64,000 bases of DNA from Camelus ferus. Its lineage: Eukaryota. The stretch lies in the NCBI RefSeq assembly GCF_009834535.1, contig NC_045697.1, forward strand, positions 58,530,001-58,594,000. The letters run 5' to 3'. The notes beneath the pieces were generated by a model. That model was not told where the DNA came from. It made no database searches and worked only from the letters and a program-made list of their open reading frames with translations. Made by a program: the position numbers and the translations under genes. Positions within the stretch are counted from its first letter, which is position 1. Every line of letters begins with the position of its first letter. Shown in pieces: positions 39,523 through 53,681 of the stretch.

Positions 39523-42437
39523 ACAGGAGAAAACAAGAAAAATAAAAGAACACATCTACACAAACACCTTACTTTGTTGTGCACTACTTTCTAGAAGAGA
39601 ATGAAAGGCTAAGCAGCAGCAAAACATCAGCAACGGCTCGAAAAATAGTAACCAACGCCTGTTTAGAACCCAAGTGACAACTGGATGGTACAAAGCTGTT
39701 AATGATGGAACGAAATCTTGAAATAAATTTAGCAGAAATTAGTAGAAATCAATGTACTTCATTCATTTGACATGATTCATTTCACATGAGGTTAGTTATT
39801 AATTCATGGGCCACAAATGAAGATGTATGAAGTAAATTATGTCAAAAATTCAGAACTCGTTTTTCAAAGATAGTACACTGTCTGTGGTTTACAGATTATA
39901 TACATGCTTAATATGAACCACAAACCGTTTGTTTACACATACAAGAAACTTTTGTGCATTGAGAAAAATAGAAATGGCCACTAGTTTGACTATTTGATTC
40001 AAGGGACAAATACCAAGAGATAAGCAACTCCTGATTCAAAGAATGTGATCAATCTTCTGATTTATCTGTTTTATTTCTTGAAGAATTTCTTTTGATGGTT
40101 TTAACCAAAAAAATCTATACTTTTTAGAAATTTTTGTGGGATAAAAAGCCTGTTTTGGTGTGTTTGTTTGCAAACAGAACAATGTTTTTCAGGGCAAAAG
40201 GTTAACAGCAACTCACATTCAGTCCCAAACATTTTTTTTCTAGTGATTAAAATGAATAATTAACATGTATTTGCTCTGTTTAAATAAATGACTGCAAATT
40301 TTATAAATTAGATTGTAGTTTCCCTCCTCTTCCCTATTTTTTGCCTTCAGTAGCCTTGATTGTTGAAGGAGAAAATTACCCTGTTTTAAGAAGCAGTTAC
40401 TCTGATGCCTTTTGTGTGGCTAATACTCTCCCAACTTTAATTCATGCATTCTTCAATGAGCATAGAGCAGTTACTCCTCTAAAGAATTAAGTGAGGAATG
40501 AGTGCAAGTAAATTGCCAGCTCTGTCATTTGGATCACTGACTCGCATCATGGTTTGGCAGGTCTCTAAACCCTCCAGAATTTCAATGTGGAGCGCAATTG
40601 ATTTGTACCAAGTTGACTTTGCAAATCTGATGGGCTATAACTGCTTTTGGGAACAGTGTGAACCACAGGAAATGAGAACAAGCCAGCAAGCATGTGAATA
40701 ACCTTTGCCCTCCCATCTCCTTACCCCATCATGCAAATTAACATATGACAAACCACATTACATAAACAATTGAAAAGAGCCAAATAAGAAACAAAAGAGA
40801 GCATTAAAAAGCTTCAAAAATGGAAATCTGCCCATTACTTAGTTATTTGATATTCAGAGTAGGCAAGCTGATTAGCTGTAGCCAGTTAGAATGTGACATT
40901 AATCGCCAGCTTTACCTGATATTGTCAGACATCATCATCAACACCATTTTTAAATAAAGATACACAGTATTGCTATAACAAGTAATGTTATGGATATGTA
41001 ACATTATAGAAATTACTACTTCCAATACATTGTAATAACAATAGCTGGCAGCAATATTCATTAATAGCATCCAGTCAGCCTGGCAATACCACATTAAAAT
41101 CACAGCATGCCCAGATTACATAGGCAGCTGTGGATTATATTCTGTCAGGGGTTTGGTTGAGATTCTATCAGTGATATGAGTGATAAAAATAGCTCCTTTA
41201 TGCTCAGCAGGATAAAAGCTTTGGTAATAATTTATATCTAATTGATAAAACTGAATCTATTTTTTTGAGGAGGAAATTGCAGGAAAAACTGCCAGATAAA
41301 ATATCTAGCTTTTTAATATAAAACTATCATTGTTTTAATAATGTCTCCATCTTCATGAGTGAGACTTTTAGTCTAATAAGACAGAAAAGAAATAAACATA
41401 ATAAAGATCACTCTGCAAAGTCATTTCTTTCATTCTAAACAGGAATGTTCATTTAGTGAATTCCATACATTAGTCTGTCACAGTCAAATTCTTCCTTTTT
41501 TAAGTAGTTAGACTATCATCGATATTCAAGGTATTAAGTATTGAAACTTAAAATCTCGTTTCAGTAACAGATCATCTTGACTACAAAAACGCCATTCAGG
41601 GAATACATGTTATCTGATGGCAGCAATTCTAATATCTTTTCACCATGTGGTATTTTGTTACATAAATAAATGATATTCCTTATAAATACACAAAACATAT
41701 TTTACATGCTTATGTAAAATAAAATGGTTGAATGTATATAGGTTATATACAATATACATATAAAATGCTTATATATGAATATATATTGTATAAAAATATA
41801 TATTGTAGATTTATAAATATAAATAAAATACATAAAATCTCCTAAAATTTTAAAAATAAATTATTTTTATTACTTACAATACAAAGTTGCTGAATCACAT
41901 TTAAACCTCTTAAGTTATAATGGTAGTAATATAAAATCAGTAATTTAAAAAGCAAAAGGAAATAAAAATAAAAACTTAAATACTTGCTCTGTGAGTTTTT
42001 AAAGGTAATATTAATAAGGTTAAATTATTTTTAAAAATCTATAATGTATTATTAATATTCTTACTGTTGCCATTTTCTAAATTTCTTATTGATTAGTTAT
42101 TTGTTTTATTGTTAATTACATTAATATAAAGGTTTGAAAGGAAAAAAAAAGAAATCAAGGAAATGCCATTTATATTAATCGTGTCAGAATTTAGCATACA
42201 AAAGAATAGTACTATGGGGAAACAGAATTGTAAATTCAAAATATATATAGAGAGGTTATCATCTATTGTTCTTTAGATTGAAAGCCAAGTAAGGTCATTA
42301 TTATAATCAAATAGTGAAGTGAACTAAATATAGCTAGCAATTCTCTTGAACGATCTGATTTTATAGAGAGAAATTAAACAGGGAAGTCTCACTGATTTTA
42401 CTACACTTTTAAAGATACATGTCACCAAGGTCCTTAC

Positions 42438-42623
42438 CTTGTTCAAACTTCGTGCAGCACTATCTTTTCCACCTGGGGTCAAGTTCCGCAGCTGTACATC
42501 TAGGAGGCCTACCAGCTGATCCATGGCACGGACGGAATAAGTGATGTCTCCAGCATTCAAATGATTTCTTGTCTGTTCAGCCAGCTCTCTAGCAATATTG
42601 GCAGCTGTCTCTCCAGATTTCAG
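42438..42623 (-). CDS. ADGRL3: ADGRL3 exon (186 nt, phase 0/0): GAIN subdomain A
   Basis: Acceptor caaaattgtag|CTGAAA, donor AAG|gtaagg. Encodes LKSGETAANIARELAEQTRNHLNAGDITYSVRAMDQLVGLLDVQLRNLTPGGKDSAARSLNK. Confidence 0.97.
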
Positions 42624-45600
42624 CTACAATTTTGAAAACAGAACAAAAAGGAAAGAGATCTTAAATAAGCAATTTTATTGCTCTCTTTGGGTAATTGTTT
42701 TTGCGTATAATAATTGAGGCAAGAAAGTTATTAAACTCCCTCTTCACTTGGTATACATTCCCCAAGTTTTCCTGCTAATCTATCATTTTTCTTCAATACC
42801 TGATTTGAAATTCATGACTTTAGGAAGCTCCTCTTGAATCTAACTTACAGAAATTGTTCTTACTTTAATTATTCATCTGAGTGGCTAAGTCTAAGGTTTG
42901 CCCTATGATTCTTCTCTGTGAGTTTCTAAATTGGATGTTGATGAATTTGTGTTGTGAATCCCAAAGATATTCTAGGTTCTCAGAGGCAAGTACAGATTTC
43001 CCATCATGCCTAATTAAGTGCTCACTGGCTGCTGAACTCTGTAAAAATTTTATTCCAAATAAAATCCCTGCTTTTCAAAGTGGTCTTCATCTTCTTACTA
43101 ACTAAATAAGAGATTTTGCTCCCAGTGTACTAGAGAGCAAACTAGTTTCTAGCACTTCCCTTTTCTGAAACTACATGCTGATTTTTCAAGTACATTCTAC
43201 AAGAATTTTTTCAAATTGTCAATACTCCAAAGATATTAGAAGAAATAAAGGCTAATATCTATGATTACTTGAACAAATTTGGGTAATAAGATGGGAATAT
43301 ATATATTAGTTTGTAAGGAAGGCATGAGGAACTTTAAAAAAAAAGTAAGTAAGTGTAATTTCTCAAGTTATCTTGTTTTATACCATTTTTAAATTAATAA
43401 ATTAAAATATAACATATTTACACAGTACAGATATAGGGTACGCAATGCAAAAATAATGAATGCCTCTTTTTTTTTTGCCTCTCTCTATATTCACTTCCCA
43501 GAGACTGTTACTGGTTTGGTATGCTTTCCAAACTTTAGCCTGCCCTATTATTACTTAAATATATAATAGAGTCATTATTTAGAAAATTATTTTATTTTCT
43601 TCTCTTTTTTTCTGTTTTTAACACAATCCAGTATAGGACTCAGGATCACAAACAGAAAGGTCTTCTCTTTGTAAGATTATCTTCCTAATGTAAATCCAGA
43701 AAGCTATAAGGGGCACAACAAAAACTCTTAATCAAACAGGTTATCACTATCTACTCAGGGATGCTTAATAAATGTTCATAGCAGGACTGAATGTTAAAGA
43801 AACAAATGAATAAATTGGAGCAACAGGAAATCTAAATTCTTAACAATCATAATCTCATGTATATAGAAAACTCCTAATTCAAAAGTATAAAAATAAGTTT
43901 AGTAACATAAAGTGTTTGCAAAAATTTGTGAAAATGTATACTACCATCATAAGCTACTATTGGATGTGTATATTTGCATACTGCCCATGTAGAGTAAATT
44001 ACCAGTGGCTATTAAACTCTGTGAAGACTGCACAAGCAGAGATTTCTCTGATGCTATCAACCATAAAAAATAATCTCACAAATATAAAAAAAGAAATGTT
44101 AAAAGATGTTCATTTCATCTTGCTTATAATTGAAAACAAAATGAGTTATGACTATGGAAAACTGTTAATATATATAAATATCATGGAACAGTTAAAAATA
44201 TGAAGGAGAACAAGGTTGTTAACATCAATCTTCAACATGTGGAGTCAAAATAAATGCAAATATAAAAATTATATATATGCTAATATATAGGCATGCTATT
44301 TATGAAGAATAAATACATAACTTTAGTATATAAACATGCTACCTATGAAAAATAAATATTATATATAAATATTTTATGTGTTTATATATGTGTATATATT
44401 TAAACACACAGGACAAAATCTGAAAGATGAAAATCAAAAGGAAAATCCTTTTCTGCAATGTTTAAATTTTATAAGAAGAAAATATTAATATATTACAAGA
44501 AGAATATGTTATAAAGTATTATTACATAGTTAATTGGTACTTTTTAGACACTCTTAAAATAAAAAAAAATCTGCACTAAGTTTAATAAATTTGTGAAATA
44601 TGGTCAGGGCTGCAAACCTAAGATACTTGTAAGACCAAATGGAATACATTATAAGGTTCATCAAAAAGTATGTAACAGTCAATGTAGATCAAAGTAGCAT
44701 TCATGACCCCACTGATGGAACATGAAAGTACTTTTAAGTGGTCACAGAGTGACACAAACGTGATTATAATCCATACATTTTAATTATTATGTACAATTTA
44801 GGGCTACTTACTAGTAATCTAGTAAATCGATTAATGATTTATGTAATCAGTATTCATAGCATTCATTAATTAAATTGGTGAAATACTGGTGGTATTCATG
44901 AAGTATTCTAATTCAGTATTCCATCAATAAGTCTGAACACCTTACACAATTGATTGGCAACTTTTAAAATTCCTGTGTATGTGAGTATACAGATAGCTGG
45001 AATTCCTATAATTTTCCAAAGGGATATTTTTTTAATCAGTGTACCATTCATAGTGTCTTGCATTTGTGGTAGTTTTCCATCTATGCTATTCTTATAATAA
45101 TGAATGTATTTATGAAATTACTATTGTTTTACTTTGTTAACTACTGCGTTCTTGTTTAATTGTTTTATTACTATTATTATCATTATTACTGTATTGTTTT
45201 CTTCTATGTCTTTATTACAGCATAATACTTTTTCTATGACAAAATGTCAAAGCACATGGACCTCTGGAGTCTTTTGATTCACTTGAATGGGCCTTGTTGA
45301 AAAAAGATTAAGATCTACTGAAGTAGGTAATAGTCATTCTTTAACACATTATCTTCAAAACTAAAGATGCAAGTAGTGACTTTCATCACATTTATCAGGG
45401 AACATTATGAAAAGCAAAATTATGTATGAAGCAGGAAAAAAATAGCACTGGTATTTTCACATTGTAATTCAATTTCCTTTTCTGTGTAATTGTACCAACA
45501 GTCTTCAATATTATTATAATATTGGGGTGGGACATGATAATGGAAAAGAAGGCCTATGTAATCCCCTAATACAAAAATTTTAACTTTTTCTTTATGTAAA

Positions 45601-46589
45601 GTAATGGAAAATTTGAAAATGTAGATGACTAATAAGTCAAAATATAACTGTTCTCAACATAAAAGATACTAATGCTGCCTATATATGTGTCAATAGCAGA
45701 TAGTGTAGTGTTATAAAACAATGACTCAAATATGAAAATCACTAGTGGTTATTTTAAAAACAGTAACTGCATTTTAGCATTCAAAAGTGTTTATTTATGA
45801 AGAATAAATCTAATTAATCCCACAAAAGAACTCTGGAACTCACTGTTCACCAACTAGAAAGTTGTAAGAAAAAACTAAAGTACCAATAAGTTACTCTAAT
45901 GTTTATAATACAAATGCAAAAGTATGTTTTTAAAGCTAAATAAAAATTGATATAACTAATTATTCAGTATGATCCTTTCTCTTAAAATTGAAGAAACAGT
46001 AGTAATACTTTATCAATCATTCAACAATCATTTGGATTTTTATTATTTCCTAAGGAGGGAAAGACAAATATTATGCAGAGCTCTTGCATTCAGGAAGCTC
46101 ACATTCTACCAGTTGGTATGGAGAGTAAGGGGTACAAAAAGGTAGATAATATTAATTCAACAATACAATTATAATAACAGAAATGTATATGAGGTGTTGT
46201 GGGAATATAGTATGGGGGTAATAAGTGCCTGGAAATTAGGTGGGAAGGCAACAGAAAGTAACAAATAAGTTCAAAGTTAAAAGATAAGTGAAGGGTGACC
46301 AGGTAAGAGAAAATTCTGGTGGGGACTGGTGGTGAGAGAACCAAGAGGATGCTCTATAAAAGGTGAAGTCTAGAATAACCATGGTTTGGGAAGACAGACA
46401 GGGTACCAAGGGTAGAACAGAAAGAAAAAGCAGAGTTTTCTACCTTCAGAAGTCAATACTGATAACTACATAGCAAAAATTGTGTATGTATGTATTAAAC
46501 ATATATATATATTTTTTTTTTAAAAAAAATAGAATGAATATCTCTACCTCTATGTATAATTTCAACAATTGTTCCTTCAGTCTATCTGT

Positions 46590-47320
46590 TCATTTGTTCT
46601 TTAACTAAAATTTGAATTTCTAATAGCACTAAGCTAAAGTCTGGGGATAAAATGGTTAATAAAATGGTTCCCCATAACAGGACCTTACATACCAGCAATG
46701 GAAAAGGCTGTCAACAAATAATTGCACAATTACTTCATTTCAATTTTTTTTTTGAGTGCAATACAGAATCCCCGTGTGGTAGCACAGTTCAAAGGCATTT
46801 TAACCTGCTGTCTGAAGTCAGGGAATAATTTAGGAAACGTTTCTCTGAGAATGTTTAATCTGAGATGAAACAGAAAAGAGGGAATTCGGCTGGGATGAGG
46901 GTGGGGGCTTCCAGGAAGAGAGGGGCAGGGAGTCTTCAAGGTGTGGCATGAAGGGCACTGTGGCTGGGGTTTAACTGGACAGCTGATGAGGTGAGCAAGG
47001 AGTAGATGACGTAGTCCCCCTTTGGAAGTCATGATGAAGATTTGGGGAAATTCTGTAAAGAGCAAAGAGAAGGTACTAAAGAGTCTCAACAAGGGTGGCC
47101 CAGTTAGGTTTATATCTGAAATCAAACTCAGTAGAATGATTAGAGGGTTCAGGAGTGAATGAAAGGTGGCCTGCTGTGGGACTACCTCAGTGAAGAAGCT
47201 GCTGTGGATCGGGGTAGTGGCAGCAGAGAATAGTGACAAGCCGCCTGATTTGGGAGAGAGTTACAGGTACACCCACAGGCCTACTGTCGATTAGATGTGT
47301 GAGAAGAAGGAAAGGGAGGC
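46590..47320 (-). mobile_element. L2 LINE remnant
   Basis: ctggggataaaatggttaataaaa...gtcagggaataatttagg...tttaatctgagatgaaacag...ttgggagagagttacagg. Confidence 0.6.
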
Positions 47321-49729
47321 ACCAAGAGCCATCTCCAAGTTTCTTGTTAGTGGCCATGTTGCCCTCAGCTGGATTCTCCCACAGCCACTGTGATGAACTC
47401 AGCATTCAAGCAGGCTGCCTTTCTGGACCAGGCCTTCATTGGCCATTTTCTTTCCAGTGGCATCCAGAAGCCACTCTTCTTTCTGACTGTCATATTTATT
47501 TTTCTCACCACAGTTAGCATGAACTACAAAGATTTTATTTTAATACAAAAATATATTAGTATCTTGAATCTGCCTCAAGTCATCTGTGCAAAGAGGCAGG
47601 GTTGAAATAGTTATTCCACATATCCTAGCTTAAGGATCTCATTACATTGTCTATCTCTAACATTTATTTTACTAAATTCTGTTAAAATTATTTCTCAGAA
47701 ATAAGTACATGCACAGTGAGAAATCTTATGAGTTTTGTGAACATTAGTAAATTCATGCCTTTATTGAAATGGTGGGATTATATCTAGGGCTTGAACAGGG
47801 GAGGGGAAACCCTGCTGCTTTAGTTAAGGATAATAATTATGACAGAGATGGATACTATTTACATTTCAAATTTTGACACAAGTGAAAACAGTTTTCTTTG
47901 AAATAAGCTTTGACATTTTATGAGATTTGTTACATCAAACATTAATCAGGTGCCAAAAAAATTCCGAGTTGCTCACAGTGTTTAAGTACAAAAGCTACTA
48001 TTTCTTTGAAAGATCTACCTATTTTTCTATAAATCTGAGTCAAGTGGGTATATAAACAATAAAATGTTTCTACCTTACAATAGAATGTAGGCTAAATGAG
48101 CCTGAAGATGTGGAAATCCCATTAATCTCTGATAAAATCAACAAGCAATTTACTTTCATTCCATATTAGATCTATGGAGGCTAAAAAAATGGAGAAAGTA
48201 AGATCTGGGGACAGGGTTCAACCAGTCTTCCAGAGTAAATAGCTGGCTTATTTTATACTGTAAAACAGCAATATCATTTCTAGATCTTCACACCCTTCTT
48301 TAGAAAATGCAGAAAGAACCCTATATTATCTCAAAATCTGCTAGTAGCTTGTGTGCAAACAAAAGAAAAGATACTTCAGTATGCTAGAAACAGAAAGACT
48401 ATTTCTTAGTAACAATTCAGGCATTTCTTTGATTTCATATGATGGTTGGACCAGGTTATGAAGTAGGAAGCAGACCTTGCTTCACATGTAAATAAATATG
48501 AAAGCTCTTCACAACTATAATTTCAGAGTTTTGAATTGACAAAGATGGGCGGGATTCTAAAGTGCAATGAATTCTTTAAATGTATGCAAAATAGAAAATA
48601 GAAACTCTTTGAAAATTTGAGTCCAAGTTAGAGATCACGCTGAAGCCAGAGATGATTTCAGTAAACAATCATTAAGAAAGGTGAGAAAACAGAATATTTT
48701 ACCACGTATGTTTGACGAGGTAGAGCTCTAATTTGTTGGCTTCTAATAAAAATAGGAAAATCTTTTTAAAAAGACATTAATTTGAAGACATATATACCTA
48801 TCTTGCTATCTGTCCTATCTTTCTACCCAATCATCCATTTATCTTTGTACCCACCTTTCTGTTCACCCATCCCTCCATCCTACCAACCTCTCTCCCTCTC
48901 TGCCCCTACACCCTGCCAATTTTGTTGAGATAAATATTCCTTTGTGTACAACTTTTGCTTTTCCTTTTCTGTATAAATTATGCTTTTTAGTAAATCTCAT
49001 CATTATGAAAGTATTCTGGCCAGTATGTTACAAATTTCTTCCTGATAGTCTGACTTGAAACGCTTACATTTTCTCTAGTGAAATGTAATTTACTCTCTAA
49101 CACTACTCAAAATTTAACCTATAATTTTACCAGTATATAAGTGGCCTGAATTCATTTGTAAGTCAGAATCCATCAAGACTCTTTGTTTTTTTTTTTTCTC
49201 CCTCCTGGCCTGACTGCAGGGGAAAAAACATAACTCATTTCTTAATGAAAATGAAAATGAAAATTTAAGGTTTGTTTTTTCCAACTAAAGTAAGCATCCC
49301 GATCCATTTATTTGTGTATACTTGCTGTCTACAGTGGTGCCTGACATCCAGTGAGTGAACAGCACTGACAGCAAAATGAATGATCCTTCCCATGGGAAAG
49401 ATGCAGAGACTGTGGTCCAGAGGGTCCTTTCCTTTAAAGCCCTCAGGAATTCCCCACAGGCACTATAAAGCTGTGAGGCAGGGGCCTCTTATTCCAGGGG
49501 GCATTTACCCACAAAGTCTTGGGGAGGGAAAACTGAATACACTGTTCAAATGAGAGAATCATCCCCTCCTTTCTTTTTTCATCTCTGCTTTTATTGGAGG
49601 TGAAAAGTGTTCCTCTACTTTAAAACTCTCTGAAGTTCACAGAACCACAATGAGGGGAGGCGGGAAGGACCGAATCATTGTAAATAACCTATTTCACTTT
49701 AATTTTTCAACATGGCATAAAAAAATACA

Positions 49730-49860
49730 TTAAAGAAAAGTGGAGAGGTCAGAGCAGAGGAAAGAGGATGGGACAAAGGGAAATAAGGAGGGAAGAGAGA
49801 GGCAGTAAAATGAGAAAGAGAGGGGGTTAGGAAAGGGAGGAGAGGTGAGAGAAGGGAAGC
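49730..49860. repeat. Polypurine (GA-rich) low-complexity tract
   Basis: aaagaaaagtggagaggtcagagcagaggaaagagg...gggaggagaggtgagagaaggg. Confidence 0.7.
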
Positions 49861-49865
49861 AAAAA

Positions 49866-50346
49866 CTGTGAACTCTGCTGGGTACTTTTGCTGGGTCCTT
49901 TTTGCTAATTCAAGGCCACTTTCCATCCTCCTTCATCTTTCTCTCTGCCATAGAAGGTGGACTTACATGTTGTTATTAAGAGCACCACTCTTTTCTGGCT
50001 TTTGTTTGGGTTTGGCCAGTGGGGAGGCTGGACAAGTGGATGGAGGAAAGAGGGTGGGTGAGATCAGAGTACTTATTCCTCGAGATCTTTTCTGAAAAGC
50101 TGCCTGAGGCTAGGTTGTGTCTCTTGTCTATAGGTCATCTTTCCTCTCAAGAACACCCTGCTTCCAATTTTTCATCATTCCTTTGATCTGGCATCCACAG
50201 GCCTGAGGTTGGGAACAGCTCCATCCTTGTTACTAGCTCTGGGTTCCTGCTCAATCCCTTGCAGTTCATCTTTGCTCCCCCAATACCACTGTAAACAAAA
50301 CCTCTTCAAAGGTTCTACCTGTTTGTTGTTGGGACTCAGGTACTGA
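49866..50346. mobile_element. Probable ERVL-class solo LTR remnant
   Basis: caggcctgaggttgggaacagctcc...ttactagctctgggttcctgc...atcccttg...ctgtttgttgttgggactcaggtactga resembles LTR16/LTR33-type 3' ends from memory. Confidence 0.45.
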
Positions 50347-52282
50347 AGGAGGAAATGAGCAAAGAGATGAATCCTGTGGAAGATGCTTTGGGGAGGAGGG
50401 GAGAGGAAACAGGGGCAAATAACTGTGAACATTGCATATAAACTCTCTCAAGTTTATAATGTTAATATTTTAAAGTGTTGGAGTTTTGTGGTAACCTGTT
50501 CAACTATCGTTTATGTTTACTGAACAGCATAAACATTTGGAGGTATAAGGGACACACCAGGTAAAGAGGGGAGAGAAGTGAAGAGAGATTAGGCGAGTGG
50601 GTGTGGGATATAAGAGCTGTCATAATTGTTCACCATGTAACCAGTGCTGTAACTAAGCGTGATGTCTTGAGAAAGGTAGACCCAGCTAAACGCCAGCATC
50701 AGCACTGACCCAGGGATGGTTACACAAGCAGATTCACAGGGCAGAAAAGCCTCCTGGTACACTTTTGAAGATTCTACCAATTTATAAATAATCAAACCAA
50801 GGTATCATCATAAATTCCAACCACCTAAATTGTATAATCTTGATATAATTATAATATGATTTTTACAGACTCTACAGGATTATATAGAAATGCTCTGGAA
50901 GAATGGAACATATTTGTCATAAAACAAAAACATTCCATCCCTAAATCAAATGGACAACAGCTGTCTGGTCTTTGCAAGGAACAGTCTCTTTTGTCCTAAG
51001 ATTAGCAGGTCTGCAGAAGAAAGAAAAGAATTAAGTATCATTATCAGTTCAAATCATCAGTATTTTCTGTAATGAGATAGGCCAACCACATTCAGGAATT
51101 ACCATGAAAACACTCAGCTTTCTAGGTGAATTATTGCTGAATTAATATTAACCCCTGGGCTAAGTACATAGGGAATATTTTTTAAAAGTTGCTAATGTAA
51201 GGAGATATGCTACTGATCTTTTAATCTGATCACATCCAGCAAGAGTTATTTGCCCTGGGCTACATTGTAATAAAATCAAAGGACATAAAAACTGTGGCAG
51301 GAACAGTACTGAAATTGGAGAAGCAGCATTATGAATAGCAACAAGCAAGGAGATGCATATGTAAGAGGGTAACTGGAGTCAATATAACCTGTTCTTCCAT
51401 GATTTAGGGTAAATAGATAGTTACGGCTCATCTGCTAAGTGATCTACTAGGGAGATTTTTATGGATTATTATACAGTCAATCATTGAGGATCAACCTGGT
51501 TAAAAACAAATAGAGAAGAGAGCAAATGGTACAGACAGGCTTTTAGTAAGGCCATCATTTGTAATATTTCTCAGGAAAAATCTCTTTCAGAAATTCCTCA
51601 GCATAGCTAATGTGCCATAGAAGGACTCTTCATTTTAGGAGTGCGTAAATCCGCACAAATTGCTATAATAAGGATTCATCCCATAGCCCTTTTGGCATAA
51701 ATGCACATCTGGTCTCTGTTTGTAATGAAATCAATTCAAAGCCCCACAGTGCATTAATAATAAAAATGTTCAACATAGTGCAACCAAATAAGCCCTGCAA
51801 ATTTGAGTTTGCAAGGTTCTGTCACATATGTGTATACTTTTAACACTGATAAATGATTAGGTCACAGAACATTTATCAAATGGATTAAGATTCCAAAGGT
51901 AGACCTTTTTTGGGGATAATTATTATTTCCACAGGAAAATCCACTTGTATGTATGCCAGAAGTTTTTACTTGCTTGATTTATAATACCTCTTGGACTTTT
52001 ATATCTATAGTTCACAATACCATAAAATTTTTATTAATAATAAAATTATTATAAGCAATACTGTCTGGCTTAGAGGAAGTACATGGATTTGCCCTTTAAG
52101 AATAACAAAATTCTAGGATTAGCTCATAGCACATTAGGGTTGTCATTAAACCTTAAATTAAATTAAAGTAGGAGAATTTTTTCCACATTAATTTAAAAAA
52201 ACTGACTATTTTGTTTTTAGCAGTTATAATTAGCAGAGGATCTAGATTTGGCAAATCCTTCCTTGTCAGTCATATGATTTAC

Positions 52283-52386
52283 CTTCTGTGTTATATGGTT
52301 GACCCAAGGAGAAGAACAGTTGCTAAGATCTGGTCCTTGGGGATCCCAAATTCCATCAGGAGCCAGGCACAGATATGTTGATACTC
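52283..52386 (-). CDS. ADGRL3: ADGRL3 exon (104 nt, phase 1/0): HormR domain C-terminal half
   Basis: Acceptor ttattttag|GAGTA, donor AAG|gtaaat. Hand translation: (G)VSTYLCLAPDGIWDPQGPDLSNCSSPWVNHITQK. Not in the ORF track. Confidence 0.97.
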
Positions 52387-52587
52387 CTAAAATAATGAGA
52401 GAAATAGGTCTCCTTCAAATATTCAAACCATCTTTCTTACAATGACTTTATATCCATGCGATGTTTAAATATGAGCAAAGGTAAGAATGTAATCATTAAA
52501 CTGTTATAATGTCTATTAAAACACCATGTACAGTGCCTAGCTAGCAACAGGCATTAGAGAAATATAATACAACAAACAAAAACTCAA

Positions 52588-52723
52588 TTTTTGGGGGTGG
52601 GGGGAGGGAGAGGTAATTAGGTTCATTTGTTTATGTTTTTTAAATGGAAGTACCTGGGATTGAATCTAGGACCTTGTGCATGCTAACCATGTGCTCTACC
52701 ACTGGGCTATAACCACCTCCCCC
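52588..52723 (-). mobile_element. tRNA-derived SINE, camelid vic-1-like
   Basis: Minus strand GGGGAGGTGGTTATAGCCCAGTGGTAGAGCACATG...AAGGTCCTAGATTCAATCCC (Pol III A and B boxes), followed by an AAACAAATGAACCTAATTACCTC-C-rich-A tail. Confidence 0.8.
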
Positions 52724-53681
52724 ACAAATATATTTTTCAAGCACTTGCTGGCAACTACACCAGGTACAGGGAATAATTTCATTAATCAGATGGATGTGGT
52801 ACCTGCCTCCATGGGGCTTACCGCTTGAGTTTTCAGAGTAAAGGTAGCAGCTGTGTCTTAAAGGAATCAGTTTGCTGTCTTTGGGAATCTTCAAGTGTTT
52901 TGAACTGAGGTCTGCTGGGTAGGGGAGTTGTATTTAATGTAGTTGGAAAGGCCACCAGAGCCAGATCATAAACGCCCTTGTCTGTCATCTGTTGGTGCTG
53001 GAGAATCAACGATGACCATTAAGCAGAGGAGACCAATGGGCTGATTTCGGTTTTAGAAAGAGAACTGTGGCAGCAGCATGGAAGATGGATTTTAGGGAGT
53101 GATGCAGAGGTTGTGTGGAAGCTATTGTAATAATTCAAGTGAGAAGACACTGTGTGGGCCTGAACAGGGGCACAGCAGAGGGGACAGAGAAAGGGTAAAA
53201 ATAAGACAGCAGTGTATGCCCAGTCACCTGGGAAGGAGGGCCTCAGAAGGTTTCCTTCAAATTTCTTTCCTAATATTCATGGGACAATAATACTTTGTAG
53301 CGCTTCGTAGTTTGCAAACTGTCTTCAAATAAAGTATTTCACTAACCTTCACAATGAACAGCTGAAGAAGGGGGGCTGTTACCATTTCTCTTTCAGAGAT
53401 GAGGATGCTGAGGTCCAGAACTAAGGGGACAGTGCTAAGAGAGAAGTTTCAACTGTTTTCTAATTTCAATACCACAGAAAACTTTAGAACTAAACACTGC
53501 ACCCCTTCATAAAGGGAAGGAAAATTTCAGAATATTTTTAAACACTTTGCTGAAAAACAAAATGCACTTTTATAAAAATCAACATATCTTCTGGTCTTCC
53601 CACCACTTCGCAGACCATGGCATTCAGAAGGACATATCCATATTGGAACTTTTTTAAGACAACTGGTTTGTAAAAAAAATT

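Noticed and set aside
41700..41870. TA-rich stretches here and at about 44260-44400 with apparent palindromes and short duplications
   Set aside because: Low-complexity AT sequence produces such symmetry trivially.
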